From assembly GCA_947176975.1 (NCBI GenBank), contig CAMWSW010000001.1:1-30524 (forward strand): DNA of 30,524 bases, read 5' to 3'. Positions 8,569 to 16,448 of this stretch are shown piece by piece; positions within the stretch are counted from its first letter, which is position 1; each line of letters begins with the position of its first letter. This stretch comes from an uncultured Clostridia bacterium. GTDB taxonomy: Bacteria > Bacillota > Clostridia > Christensenellales > UBA3700. Position numbers and translations under genes: made by a program. The notes under the pieces are model-generated. The model searched no databases, had not been told where the DNA came from, and saw only the letters and a list, made by a program, of their open reading frames with translations.

Positions 8569-8616
8569 GTTTTACATAAAATTTGCACAATTTAGAATAG
8601 TTTTACAAGACGGGTA

Positions 8617-8645
8617 TTGATAAGAAACGCGCAGTGTGATAAAAT
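8617..8645 (+). promoter_or_regulatory. sigmaA promoter TTGATA-17-TGnTAAAAT for the aldo/keto reductase
   Basis: TTGATA at 8617-8622, TG at 8637-8638, TAAAAT at 8640-8645. Confidence 0.6.
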
Positions 8646-8664
8646 AACAATGAAGGGGTGTTGT

Positions 8665-9552
8665 ATGGATAAGTTTATTCAGGGATGTATGCGTATCAAA
8701 GATATGACGGTATCGCAGGTCAGAGAGTTGATAGACGCCAATTTGGAGATGGGTATCAACGTATTCGATCATGCCGATATCTACGGCGGAGGAGAGTGTG
8801 AGACTCTCTTTGGCAAAGCGCTCAAAGAAGCGCCCGAGCTACGCGACAAAATCGTATTGCAGACCAAGGGCGGTATCGTAAAAGATTTGTCCTGTCACAG
8901 ATATGACAACAGCGCAAATTATCTTATCGATTGCGTTCACAAGAGTATCAAAAGATTGGGTGTGGAAAAGGTCAATAGATTTCTCATACACAGACCAGAC
9001 GCGCTCTTCAATCCCGACGACGTGGCAAAGGCGTTTGACAAACTCTCGTCAGAGGGCACAGTCGACGAATTTGGAGTAAGTAATTTTGCGGGAAGTCAAA
9101 TTGCGCTTTTGCAAAACAGTTGCAAACAAAAATTTCAGTACAACCAAGTGAGAGTAAGTATATTCCACTGTCCTATGATAGAATACGGTATGAATTACAA
9201 TCGCTTTAACGACGCGGGAGTCAACAGGGACGACGGTACGCTCGATTATTGCAGGCTCAACAACGTGCAAATTCAATGCTATTCGCCCAACAAAGGTAAT
9301 AAGAAATCCTTTATCGGAGATTTTAAATATCCCAAACTCAACAAGCTTCTCAAAGAATTGGCGTTTAAGTATGACGTTGCGCCCAACGCTATCGCGGCGG
9401 CTTGGCTTCTCAAGCACCCTGCAGGCTTCGCCGTAATCAACGGCACGACCCAGCCCGAGCGCGTCAAACAAATTGCCAAAGCAAAGGATATATCTTTGAC
9501 CCGAAGCGAGTGGTACGACTTATATCATTCATTGGGAAGAAAGTTGCCGTAA
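8665..9552 (+). CDS. Aldo/keto reductase (YdhF-like)
   Basis: GCMRI, FDHADIYGGG, LQTK and LIHRPD give the catalytic D/Y/K/H; C-terminal GTTQPERV. AAGGGG RBS before the ATG at 8665. Confidence 0.9.
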   Translation: MDKFIQGCMRIKDMTVSQVRELIDANLEMGINVFDHADIYGGGECETLFGKALKEAPELRDKIVLQTKGGIVKDLSCHRYDNSANYLIDCVHKSIKRLGVEKVNRFLIHRPDALFNPDDVAKAFDKLSSEGTVDEFGVSNFAGSQIALLQNSCKQKFQYNQVRVSIFHCPMIEYGMNYNRFNDAGVNRDDGTLDYCRLNNVQIQCYSPNKGNKKSFIGDFKYPKLNKLLKELAFKYDVAPNAIAAAWLLKHPAGFAVINGTTQPERVKQIAKAKDISLTRSEWYDLYHSLGRKLP

Positions 9553-9615
9553 AGGGAACCGCCCAAACCAAATTGATACCACTTTCGATTAAACAGCGGA
9601 TTTTGTTTTATATTA

Positions 9616-9644
9616 TTGAATTATTTTCTTTAACGTGCTAAAAT
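9616..9644 (+). promoter_or_regulatory. sigmaA promoter of ispE: TTGAAT-17-TGnTAAAAT
   Basis: TTGAAT at 9616-9621, TG at 9636-9637, TAAAAT at 9639-9644. Confidence 0.65.
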
Positions 9645-9654
9645 TATTTTGTAT

Positions 9655-10449
9655 ATGGAATCAATTAAAATCAAGGTCTACGCAAAAATCAATTTATATT
9701 TGGATATCACGGGAGTGAGAGCAGACGGCTATCACAACTTGGATATGCTTATGACTTCGGTGGACATATTTGACACTGTTACTGCGAGCAAAAGCGATAT
9801 ATCGCAAGTGACTATGGACGGCAATGCCGTCGAGGATAATAATACCGCTGTCAAGGCGCTTAAACTTTTGCAAGATAAATTTAATATTGCTATGCGTGTG
9901 GATATCGTCAAAGGCATACCTTTCTCGGCGGGCATGGGCGGATCTTCCGCCGACGCAAGCGGAGTATTTTTTTGCGCCAGCAAGCTATATGATTTGCCAA
10001 TTGACGAGCTTATTCCGCTTGCTCTCAAAGTGGGATGCGACGTGCCGTATATGCTTTTTGGCGGCGGCGCAAGAGTGCAAGGCGTGGGGGAGATAATTAT
10101 ACCGGCGGAGATATCGTCTTTGACTTTGGTAATTGCGCAAAAGAGCGTGGGAAGCTCGACTAAAGATATATACGCCAAATACGACGAGGTCGGCGGCGAA
10201 AGTGGAGACGGTAAGTTGCATTTCAATGCGTTGGAGCGCGGCGCGGTCATGCTAAATCCTCAAATTGCCATTGCAAAAGCAGATTTACAAAAGTTTACGG
10301 ACGAAGTCTTTATGACGGGCAGCGGCAGCGCATACGTAGGTATATTCGACGACGAAGAAAAAGCAAAAGAGTGTTTGGCAAGCTTGAAAGGCTACGTATT
10401 TTGCAAATCGGCTCATACAAAGGCGCAAGGTATTGAGCTTATCCGTTAA
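9655..10449 (+). CDS. ispE: 4-diphosphocytidyl-2-C-methyl-D-erythritol kinase
   Basis: AKINLYLDI...DGYHNL, GHMP motif KGIPFSAGMGGSSADA, LKVGCDVP and MTGSGSA. Confidence 0.93.
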   Translation: MESIKIKVYAKINLYLDITGVRADGYHNLDMLMTSVDIFDTVTASKSDISQVTMDGNAVEDNNTAVKALKLLQDKFNIAMRVDIVKGIPFSAGMGGSSADASGVFFCASKLYDLPIDELIPLALKVGCDVPYMLFGGGARVQGVGEIIIPAEISSLTLVIAQKSVGSSTKDIYAKYDEVGGESGDGKLHFNALERGAVMLNPQIAIAKADLQKFTDEVFMTGSGSAYVGIFDDEEKAKECLASLKGYVFCKSAHTKAQGIELIR

Positions 10450-10529
10450 AATTTTAATACAGCTAATAAATTGTCTTAATAATAAAAAAAACTTCGATTT
10501 AACAAACATATTACGCTTTTTAGCGCATA

Positions 10530-10551
10530 TTTTCTATATTCATATAGAAAA
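10530..10551. promoter_or_regulatory. 22-bp palindrome TTTTCTATAT-TC-ATATAGAAAA, operator-like
   Basis: Perfect 10-bp inverted repeat ending 4 bp upstream of the TTGCCA -35. Confidence 0.45.
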
Positions 10552-10555
10552 ATAC

Positions 10556-10584
10556 TTGCCAATTATCTATCGGTATGATATCAT
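10556..10584 (+). promoter_or_regulatory. sigmaA promoter TTGCCA-17-TGnTATCAT for the small ORF
   Basis: TTGCCA at 10556-10561, TG at 10576-10577, TATCAT at 10579-10584. Confidence 0.55.
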
Positions 10585-10603
10585 AATTTTGCAAGGGAAA
10601 GAT

Positions 10604-10753
10604 ATGGCTAAACTAAATATGCACAATTTTATAAACGACTTAAGAGAGCTCTTAATTTCAATGGGTCGCAGTAATATTGAGGATATAGAATGTTACTGTA
10701 TCGCGTACTATTGGTATTTGTTGGAACAACAGCAGAACGGCAACGAAAAATAA
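10604..10753 (+). CDS. Small hypothetical protein (49 aa)
   Basis: MAKLNMHNFINDLRELLISMGRSNIEDIECYCIAYYWYLLEQQQNGNEK, with AAGGGA RBS and its own promoter. No family recognised. Confidence 0.5.
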   Translation: MAKLNMHNFINDLRELLISMGRSNIEDIECYCIAYYWYLLEQQQNGNEK

Positions 10754-10850
10754 TAATTTAATAACGCCATTTACTTTCAAATAAAAAATAGACGAATTTA
10801 CCGCTTAACTCTTTATATAAAATATATATAGATGTACTTGAATAAAGTAC

Positions 10851-10879
10851 TTGATTTTATAACTCCACTATGTTATACT
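10851..10879 (+). promoter_or_regulatory. sigmaA promoter of the polysaccharide operon: TTGATT-17-TGnTATACT
   Basis: TTGATT at 10851-10856 and TATACT at 10874-10879. Direct repeat GTACTTGA at 10834 and 10847 overlaps the -35. Confidence 0.7.
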
Positions 10880-10922
10880 ATACAAATAAAAGATTTAACT
10901 GTTTTTACAGATAAGGACGATC

Positions 10923-10951
10923 GCGTTAGGGCGTTTCGGGGCCCTCAACGC
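10923..10951 (+). other. GC-rich hairpin in the 5' leader of the polysaccharide operon
   Basis: GCGTT-AGGGC-gtttcggg-GCCCT-c-AACGC; no U-tract follows. Confidence 0.55.
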
Positions 10952-10978
10952 AGAGAATTGATAACGAGGAATCAGTAC

Positions 10979-11812
10979 ATGCCTTTGAAATTAATGTATA
11001 TAACCAACAATACAGAAGTGGCTCTGATTGCGGAGAAGTACGGTGTGAACCGTATTTGGGTAGATTTGGAGAAGTTGGGCAAAGAAGAAAGACAACACGG
11101 TCTAAATACTGTAAAATCCAACCATACTATTCAAGACGTAGTGAAAATCAAATCTGTCTTGACCACCTCTGAATTATTGGTGAGAATCAACTGTTGGAAC
11201 AAAAATTCCAAAAATGAAATAGAAAACGTTATTGCAGCAGGCGCAGATGTCATTATGTTGCCAATGTGGAAGAAGCTCGAAGAAGTCCAATCGTTTATTC
11301 ATGCAGTAAATAATAGAGCGAAGACAGTGCTTCTGCTCGAGACGAAAGAGGCAGAGCAATGTCTCGATTTGGTTCTGGAGTGTTGCTGCCCCGATGAGAT
11401 TCATATCGGCTTAAACGATTTGCATTTGAGTTACGGACTAAAATTTATGTTTGAACTTCTTGCAAACGGAACAGTCGAAAGAATATGCGATAAATTGAAG
11501 AAAACAAATATACCTTACGGATTCGGTGGAATTGCCAAAATCGGTCAAGGAATGTTGCCTGCAGAAAAAATTTTGCTCGAGCACTATAGGCTGGGCTCTA
11601 CGCGAGTAATATTATCAAGAAGTTTTTGCGATACGAGCATTATAAAAGATATGTCGGAAATAGAGCAGACTTTTAAAAATAATCTCAAAGAATTGAGAGA
11701 AGCAGAAATATATGCGTGCAATGCGGATAAACAAACGCTTGAAAAAAATACGGAAGATATAAAAATATGTGTTCAAAAGGTGGTTGAGAATGTCACAAGT
11801 CGAAAAAATTAA
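10979..11812 (+). CDS. HpcH/HpaI-family (class II pyruvate) aldolase/citrate lyase-like protein
   Basis: LLVRIN (catalytic Arg), LLLETKEA (metal Glu) and IHIGLNDL (metal Asp). GAGG RBS before the ATG at 10979. Confidence 0.82.
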   Translation: MPLKLMYITNNTEVALIAEKYGVNRIWVDLEKLGKEERQHGLNTVKSNHTIQDVVKIKSVLTTSELLVRINCWNKNSKNEIENVIAAGADVIMLPMWKKLEEVQSFIHAVNNRAKTVLLLETKEAEQCLDLVLECCCPDEIHIGLNDLHLSYGLKFMFELLANGTVERICDKLKKTNIPYGFGGIAKIGQGMLPAEKILLEHYRLGSTRVILSRSFCDTSIIKDMSEIEQTFKNNLKELREAEIYACNADKQTLEKNTEDIKICVQKVVENVTSRKN

Positions 11813-13022
11813 TAGCACAAAAATTGATGAGTTAATGAAGGAATACGGGGACGCGTTTTATATTTTGGATTCAAAACAGTTTAAACAAAACTTTTCCGAA
11901 TTAAAAGAAGCGTTTTCTGCAATTTATCCCAATTTTAATATTGCCTATTCATATAAGACAAATTATACTCCCGAGCTGTGTCGAATTGTAAATGAACTTG
12001 GCGGGTTTGCGGAAGTAGTGTCCGATATGGAGATGGAAATTGCGCTCAGAGTAGGGGTTTCACCATCGAATATAATTTGGAATGGTCCGTATAAAAACAG
12101 TAAAAAAGTCGAAGAACTACTTTTGAGAGGTGGCGTCGTTAATTTGGATAATGCAGTGGATACGGAGTATTTAAAGAAAATATCCGCTAAATATCCAAAT
12201 AACAGATTGAGAGTAGGAATTCGATGCAATTTTGATATTGGAGACGGAGTTATCTCCAGATTCGGCTATGATATAGAGTCGAAAGATTTCGCGGAAGCGC
12301 TTGCATTGGTAAATGAGAAAGATAATGTAGTATTGAATGGGTTGCAATGTCATTTCGCCACCCGTTCGCTTGATACGTGGCGTCCGCGAGCAGAGAAGAT
12401 GATTGCGTTACTAGATAAATACGGTTTGTGTCCCGACTACGTAGACCTAGGCGGAGGACTGTTTGGCAAAATGCACGATTCTCTCAAAGTCCAATTCAAC
12501 ACAAAAATACCGACTTACGAAGAATATGCTACCGAAGTAGCACCTCTGTTTCGAGAGCGTTATGGAAAAGAAAAAAAGCGCCCGACGCTTTTGATAGAGC
12601 CGGGATCTGCTCTTGTCGGGGACTGTATGCGCTTTGCCTCTAGGGTAGAGTGCATAAAGACAGTAAACAAAAAACCTATAGCGACGCTTTTGGGAAGTAT
12701 CTACAATATCAATCCCACTCTTAATAAGAAAAATCCGCCGCTTCAAGTTTTGCCTGTCGGACTAGGTGAGCGTAAAAAATACGAGAACTTGGATTTCGGA
12801 GGATTTACTTGCATAGAATCCGACTATCTGTACCGCGGTTACAGCGGAGAATTGGCAGTTGGGGATATAGTGGTATTTGGAAACGTCGGTTCATACTCAG
12901 TTGTTCTCAAGCCACCGTTTATACTTCCAAATTTTCCGATATTGGAGATTGCCGAAAGGGAATGCAAAGTTGTCAAGCGCGCAGAGAATTTCGATGACTT
13001 ATTCCACACGTTTAGTTTTTAA
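11790..13022 (+). CDS. PLP-dependent decarboxylase of the LysA/ODC (fold III) family with atypical motifs
   Basis: YSYKTN (PLP Lys), EVVSDME, SRFG, DLGGG, EPGS, GFTCIESD and GSYS. Overlaps the aldolase stop. Confidence 0.85.
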   Translation: MSQVEKINSTKIDELMKEYGDAFYILDSKQFKQNFSELKEAFSAIYPNFNIAYSYKTNYTPELCRIVNELGGFAEVVSDMEMEIALRVGVSPSNIIWNGPYKNSKKVEELLLRGGVVNLDNAVDTEYLKKISAKYPNNRLRVGIRCNFDIGDGVISRFGYDIESKDFAEALALVNEKDNVVLNGLQCHFATRSLDTWRPRAEKMIALLDKYGLCPDYVDLGGGLFGKMHDSLKVQFNTKIPTYEEYATEVAPLFRERYGKEKKRPTLLIEPGSALVGDCMRFASRVECIKTVNKKPIATLLGSIYNINPTLNKKNPPLQVLPVGLGERKKYENLDFGGFTCIESDYLYRGYSGELAVGDIVVFGNVGSYSVVLKPPFILPNFPILEIAERECKVVKRAENFDDLFHTFSF

Positions 13023-13033
13023 AGGAGTTGAAA

Positions 13034-13852
13034 ATGGTTGCGATAAACAAGTTTCTCAAAAGATTGTTTGACATAACGGCATCTATGTTGCTTGTAATAC
13101 TGCTGTTGCCTGTTTGGATAATAGTGGCTATAGCAATCAAATGCGATTCCAAAGGTCCCGTGCTTTTTAAGCAGCGTCGCAGGACTAAAAAAGGACGAAT
13201 TTTTACAATGTATAAATTCCGTTCTATGGTGGTGAACGCTGAAAAGCAGGAAGTGGGTATTTTCAATTATGCAGGCGATCCGCGCGTCACGAAGGTGGGG
13301 AAATTTTTGAGAAGTACAAGCTTAGATGAGTTGCCGCAGTTGTTCAACGTAATCCAAGGCGATTTATCAATAGTCGGTCCGCGTCCATGCGTTGAATACG
13401 AACTCGGCGATTTTGATACTTTGAATAAGAAATACAAAAAACGCTTTGAAGTTCGCGCAGGAATTACAGGTTTGGCGCAGATAAAAGGCCGCAACGAAAA
13501 TTCATGGGAAGAAAAGGTCGAGTACGATAACGAATACATTGATTTGTTTAAGAAAAAAGGCGTATGGATTGATTTAAAAATACTTTTTGGGACTATAGGC
13601 AAAGTTTTTGGGAAAAAGAATATATGTGAGGAAAAAGTAGACAGTTCGCTTTCAGATGCAGAATCCGCAAAACTTGCAGAAGAAGAGATAATCAGGCTTG
13701 CGCATCTTCCCGATGAAGAAACAGTTGAAAGCGCCGCGCAGAATTTTGACCACGAACAGCCTATTGAAGAAAATGCGAATTTAATCGATGGAGTCAATGT
13801 CGAAGAAGATAAAAATAATTTGGAAAGTGAGGAAGAAAAAAGTGAAAACTGA
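13034..13852 (+). CDS. Priming phosphoglycosyl transferase (small PglC/WcfS-like bacterial sugar transferase) with an acidic C-terminal tail
   Basis: KRLFDI, SKGPVLFKQ, YKFRSM, DPRVTKVGKFLR, SLDELPQLFNV and SIVGPRP. AAGGAG RBS. Confidence 0.92.
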   Translation: MVAINKFLKRLFDITASMLLVILLLPVWIIVAIAIKCDSKGPVLFKQRRRTKKGRIFTMYKFRSMVVNAEKQEVGIFNYAGDPRVTKVGKFLRSTSLDELPQLFNVIQGDLSIVGPRPCVEYELGDFDTLNKKYKKRFEVRAGITGLAQIKGRNENSWEEKVEYDNEYIDLFKKKGVWIDLKILFGTIGKVFGKKNICEEKVDSSLSDAESAKLAEEEIIRLAHLPDEETVESAAQNFDHEQPIEENANLIDGVNVEEDKNNLESEEEKSEN

Positions 13853-14762
13853 AAATAGATATATTTGGTTTGACGGTAAGATAATGGACGTCAACGACGC
13901 AAAGGTAAACGTGCTTGCTCCTACGTCCCAGTTTGGATTAAACGTTTTTGAGGGTGTGCGTTGCTATTACAACGAAAGCAAAGAGCAGTTATATGCTTTT
14001 CGTTTGGACGATCATATAAGACGGCTAAAGCGTTCGCAGAAACTTATGTGTATTGATGATAAATTTACGTTTGAAGAACTAAAGAAAGCTTTTTTGGATA
14101 CAGTACTTGCTAATAATTATTGCGAAGATATTGCGGTAAGGCAGACTTTATTTATAGACGGATTCGGCTCGTGGAGTTCAACAAGTCCCGTGAATATGTT
14201 TATATCTCCCGTACCTAAAAAGAAAACGAATGCCGAATACAATAAAAAAGGTTTACGTTGCAGTATAAGTTCTTGGCGACGTATATCCGACAACTCACTC
14301 TCTCCGAGAATAAAGTGCGGAGCAAATTATATCAATAGTCGGATGGCGCAACTCGAAGCGTTGAGAAACGGTTATGACACCGCAATATTTATCAACGAAA
14401 ACGGTACTGTGTCGGAAGGTCCCGGTTCATGTTTGTTTATGGTTAGAGACGGCGTATTGTACACGCCGCTTTTGACAGACAGTGTGTTGGAAAGCATAAC
14501 GAGAGATACCGTAATCAAGATTGCGAGAGACGATCTAAAAATCCAAGTTGTGGAAAGAAGTATCGACCGCACGGAATTATATACGTGCGATGAGGCTTTC
14601 CTGTGCGGTTCGGCAATGGAGATAACGCCTATACTGTCAGTGGATAAGTATGAGATTCTTACGAAGGAAAATTCGCTTACGGAAACAATTCATAAGTTGT
14701 ATTTGCAAATTGTCAGAGGGGAATACTCGAAATATAAAGAATGGTTGACGGAGGTATATTAA
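13842..14762 (+). CDS. Class IV (branched-chain-amino-acid-type) PLP aminotransferase
   Basis: FGLNVFEGVR, KCGANY (PLP Lys), SEGPGSCLF, LESITR and EAFLCGSAMEITP. GTG start at 13842 with GAGG RBS. Confidence 0.88.
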   Translation: MKTENRYIWFDGKIMDVNDAKVNVLAPTSQFGLNVFEGVRCYYNESKEQLYAFRLDDHIRRLKRSQKLMCIDDKFTFEELKKAFLDTVLANNYCEDIAVRQTLFIDGFGSWSSTSPVNMFISPVPKKKTNAEYNKKGLRCSISSWRRISDNSLSPRIKCGANYINSRMAQLEALRNGYDTAIFINENGTVSEGPGSCLFMVRDGVLYTPLLTDSVLESITRDTVIKIARDDLKIQVVERSIDRTELYTCDEAFLCGSAMEITPILSVDKYEILTKENSLTETIHKLYLQIVRGEYSKYKEWLTEVY

Positions 14763-14766
14763 GAGC

Positions 14767-15612
14767 GTGACTAAAGAATTTTCTGTATTGATGACGACCT
14801 ATCGCGGAGAAACTCCCGAATTTTTAGAAGCGTCGCTCAACAGTACTTTGATAGATCAGACTGTTACTCCGAGTCAAATGGTGTTGGTAGTCGACGGACC
14901 TATTCCGGACGAATTAAATGAGGTGATACTCAAATATAAAGAGATGTTTCCCGAAATAATGGAAGTGGTATATTCTCCCGAAAATCAGGGGCAGAGTAAA
15001 GCGTCGGCTTTAGGTCTGCAATATATCAAGAACGAGATTCTTGCCCGAATGGATTCGGACGACGTATGCGTAAGAGATAGATTCGAGCGTGAGTATAACG
15101 TTTTGCAAGAACGTGATAATATATCTGTTGTCGGCGGTTGGATAGCGGAATTTGACAACGATCCGGAATCAGTCAGCACAATTCGTGAAGTTCCGGAAAA
15201 TCACGATGATATCGTAAGAATGTTCCGCAAAAGAATGCCCCTTAACAATATGACTGTAATGATGCGCAAGGAGGCTCTTATACAGGCAGGAGGTTATGGC
15301 AGAGATACGGTAAACGAAGATTATTCCGTCTACGCTCATATGTGGGTCAGCGGGGCGCAATTTTATAATATACAAGATGTTCTAGTGAAAGCTCGCGTTG
15401 GCAATGATATGGTCGGCAGGCGTCAAGATATGAGGATATACAGAGATTGGAGAAAGGATCAAAAGTTTCTTCGTCAAAATGGTAAACATTCGCGTCTCAC
15501 CGCAGCGGTGAGCAACTTTAGATGTTTTTGCTTTATTATTACTCCGAAATGGGTAAAGAAGATACTATATAAAACTCTTTTGAGGAAAAAAATAAAATCT
15601 ACGGATAAATAA
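14767..15612 (+). CDS. GT2 glycosyltransferase (AmsE/WbbD-like, possibly beta-1,3-galactosyltransferase)
   Basis: FSVLMTTY...PEFLEASLNS, LVVDGP, ARMDSDD and EDY; GTG start. Confidence 0.85.
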   Translation: MTKEFSVLMTTYRGETPEFLEASLNSTLIDQTVTPSQMVLVVDGPIPDELNEVILKYKEMFPEIMEVVYSPENQGQSKASALGLQYIKNEILARMDSDDVCVRDRFEREYNVLQERDNISVVGGWIAEFDNDPESVSTIREVPENHDDIVRMFRKRMPLNNMTVMMRKEALIQAGGYGRDTVNEDYSVYAHMWVSGAQFYNIQDVLVKARVGNDMVGRRQDMRIYRDWRKDQKFLRQNGKHSRLTAAVSNFRCFCFIITPKWVKKILYKTLLRKKIKSTDK

Positions 15613-15614
15613 AA

Positions 15615-16448
15615 ATGAATGAAGAATTGAGTTTGCAACAACTGAAAGATATCGAAATACAATTGCTGTCGAAGGTCCATAAGATTTGTGAGGAGCAAGG
15701 TTTTATCTATTCGTTAGGCGGCGGTACTTTACTAGGCGCGGTTAGACATGGCGGATTTATTCCGTGGGATGACGATATTGATATTATGATGCCACGCCCC
15801 GATTATGACGCGTTCATAGCCTACTGCTTATCCCATGATGACGTGCCGTTTAAGGTAAAGTCATGGGAGACGGATAAATCTTATGTAGATTTGTCTGCCA
15901 AGATTTACGATACGGAAACTGTGCTTGTCGACGAGAATACTTGTGAGTTTGAAGAAAAGATAGGAGTATTCATTGACATATTTCCTATAGACGGATTGGC
16001 GAATACCTATAAAAAAGCAAAAAAAGTATTTAATTCTACGTCGTTCGATAGGGCTCTACTTGTTGCGGCGCAGTGGAAAAGATATTTTAAATCCAAGACT
16101 CACGCGTGGTATTACGAGCCTTTCAGATTGGGTATGTTTATACTAAGTCGCTTTGTCAATAAACAAAAACTGTTTGATAAAATTCAGAATAAATACAAAA
16201 AGATTGATTTCTGCAATGTGGAATTTGCTGCAGCCGTAGGCGGAGCTTATCGTGAAAAGGAAATACTTGAGAAGAGCGTATTTACGGATTTGACCAAGTT
16301 GCCTTTTGAAAATGAAGAGTTTTGCGCAATCGCTCAGTATGATACGTATTTGTCGAGTATTTACGGAGATTATATGAAATTGCCACCGGAGGAAAAGAGA
16401 ATGTCACACCATTCGTTCAAGGCGTATTACAAGGAGGCTGAAAGATAA
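15615..16448 (+). CDS. licD: LicD-family phosphotransferase (CDP-alcohol/alditol-phosphate transfer)
   Basis: GGTLLGAVRHGGFIPWDDDIDI, FIDIFPIDG and YGDYMKLPP. Confidence 0.92.
   Translation: MNEELSLQQLKDIEIQLLSKVHKICEEQGFIYSLGGGTLLGAVRHGGFIPWDDDIDIMMPRPDYDAFIAYCLSHDDVPFKVKSWETDKSYVDLSAKIYDTETVLVDENTCEFEEKIGVFIDIFPIDGLANTYKKAKKVFNSTSFDRALLVAAQWKRYFKSKTHAWYYEPFRLGMFILSRFVNKQKLFDKIQNKYKKIDFCNVEFAAAVGGAYREKEILEKSVFTDLTKLPFENEEFCAIAQYDTYLSSIYGDYMKLPPEEKRMSHHSFKAYYKEAER

Noticed and set aside
10433-10978. Longer ORF-track starts at 10433 and 10832
   Set aside because: The extensions run across promoter and leader sequence without an RBS; downstream ATGs (10604, 10979) have good SD sites.
10979-13022. 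HpcH aldolase plus LysA-like decarboxylase as a staphyloferrin B or achromobactin-type siderophore pathway (SbnG/SbnH-like pair)
   Set aside because: No IucA/IucC NIS synthetase, siderophore exporter or recognisable Fur box; the genes are coupled to a glycan operon.
11790-14762. Housekeeping lysA and ilvE calls
   Set aside because: Active-site motif deviations and embedding in the polysaccharide operon; gene symbols withheld.
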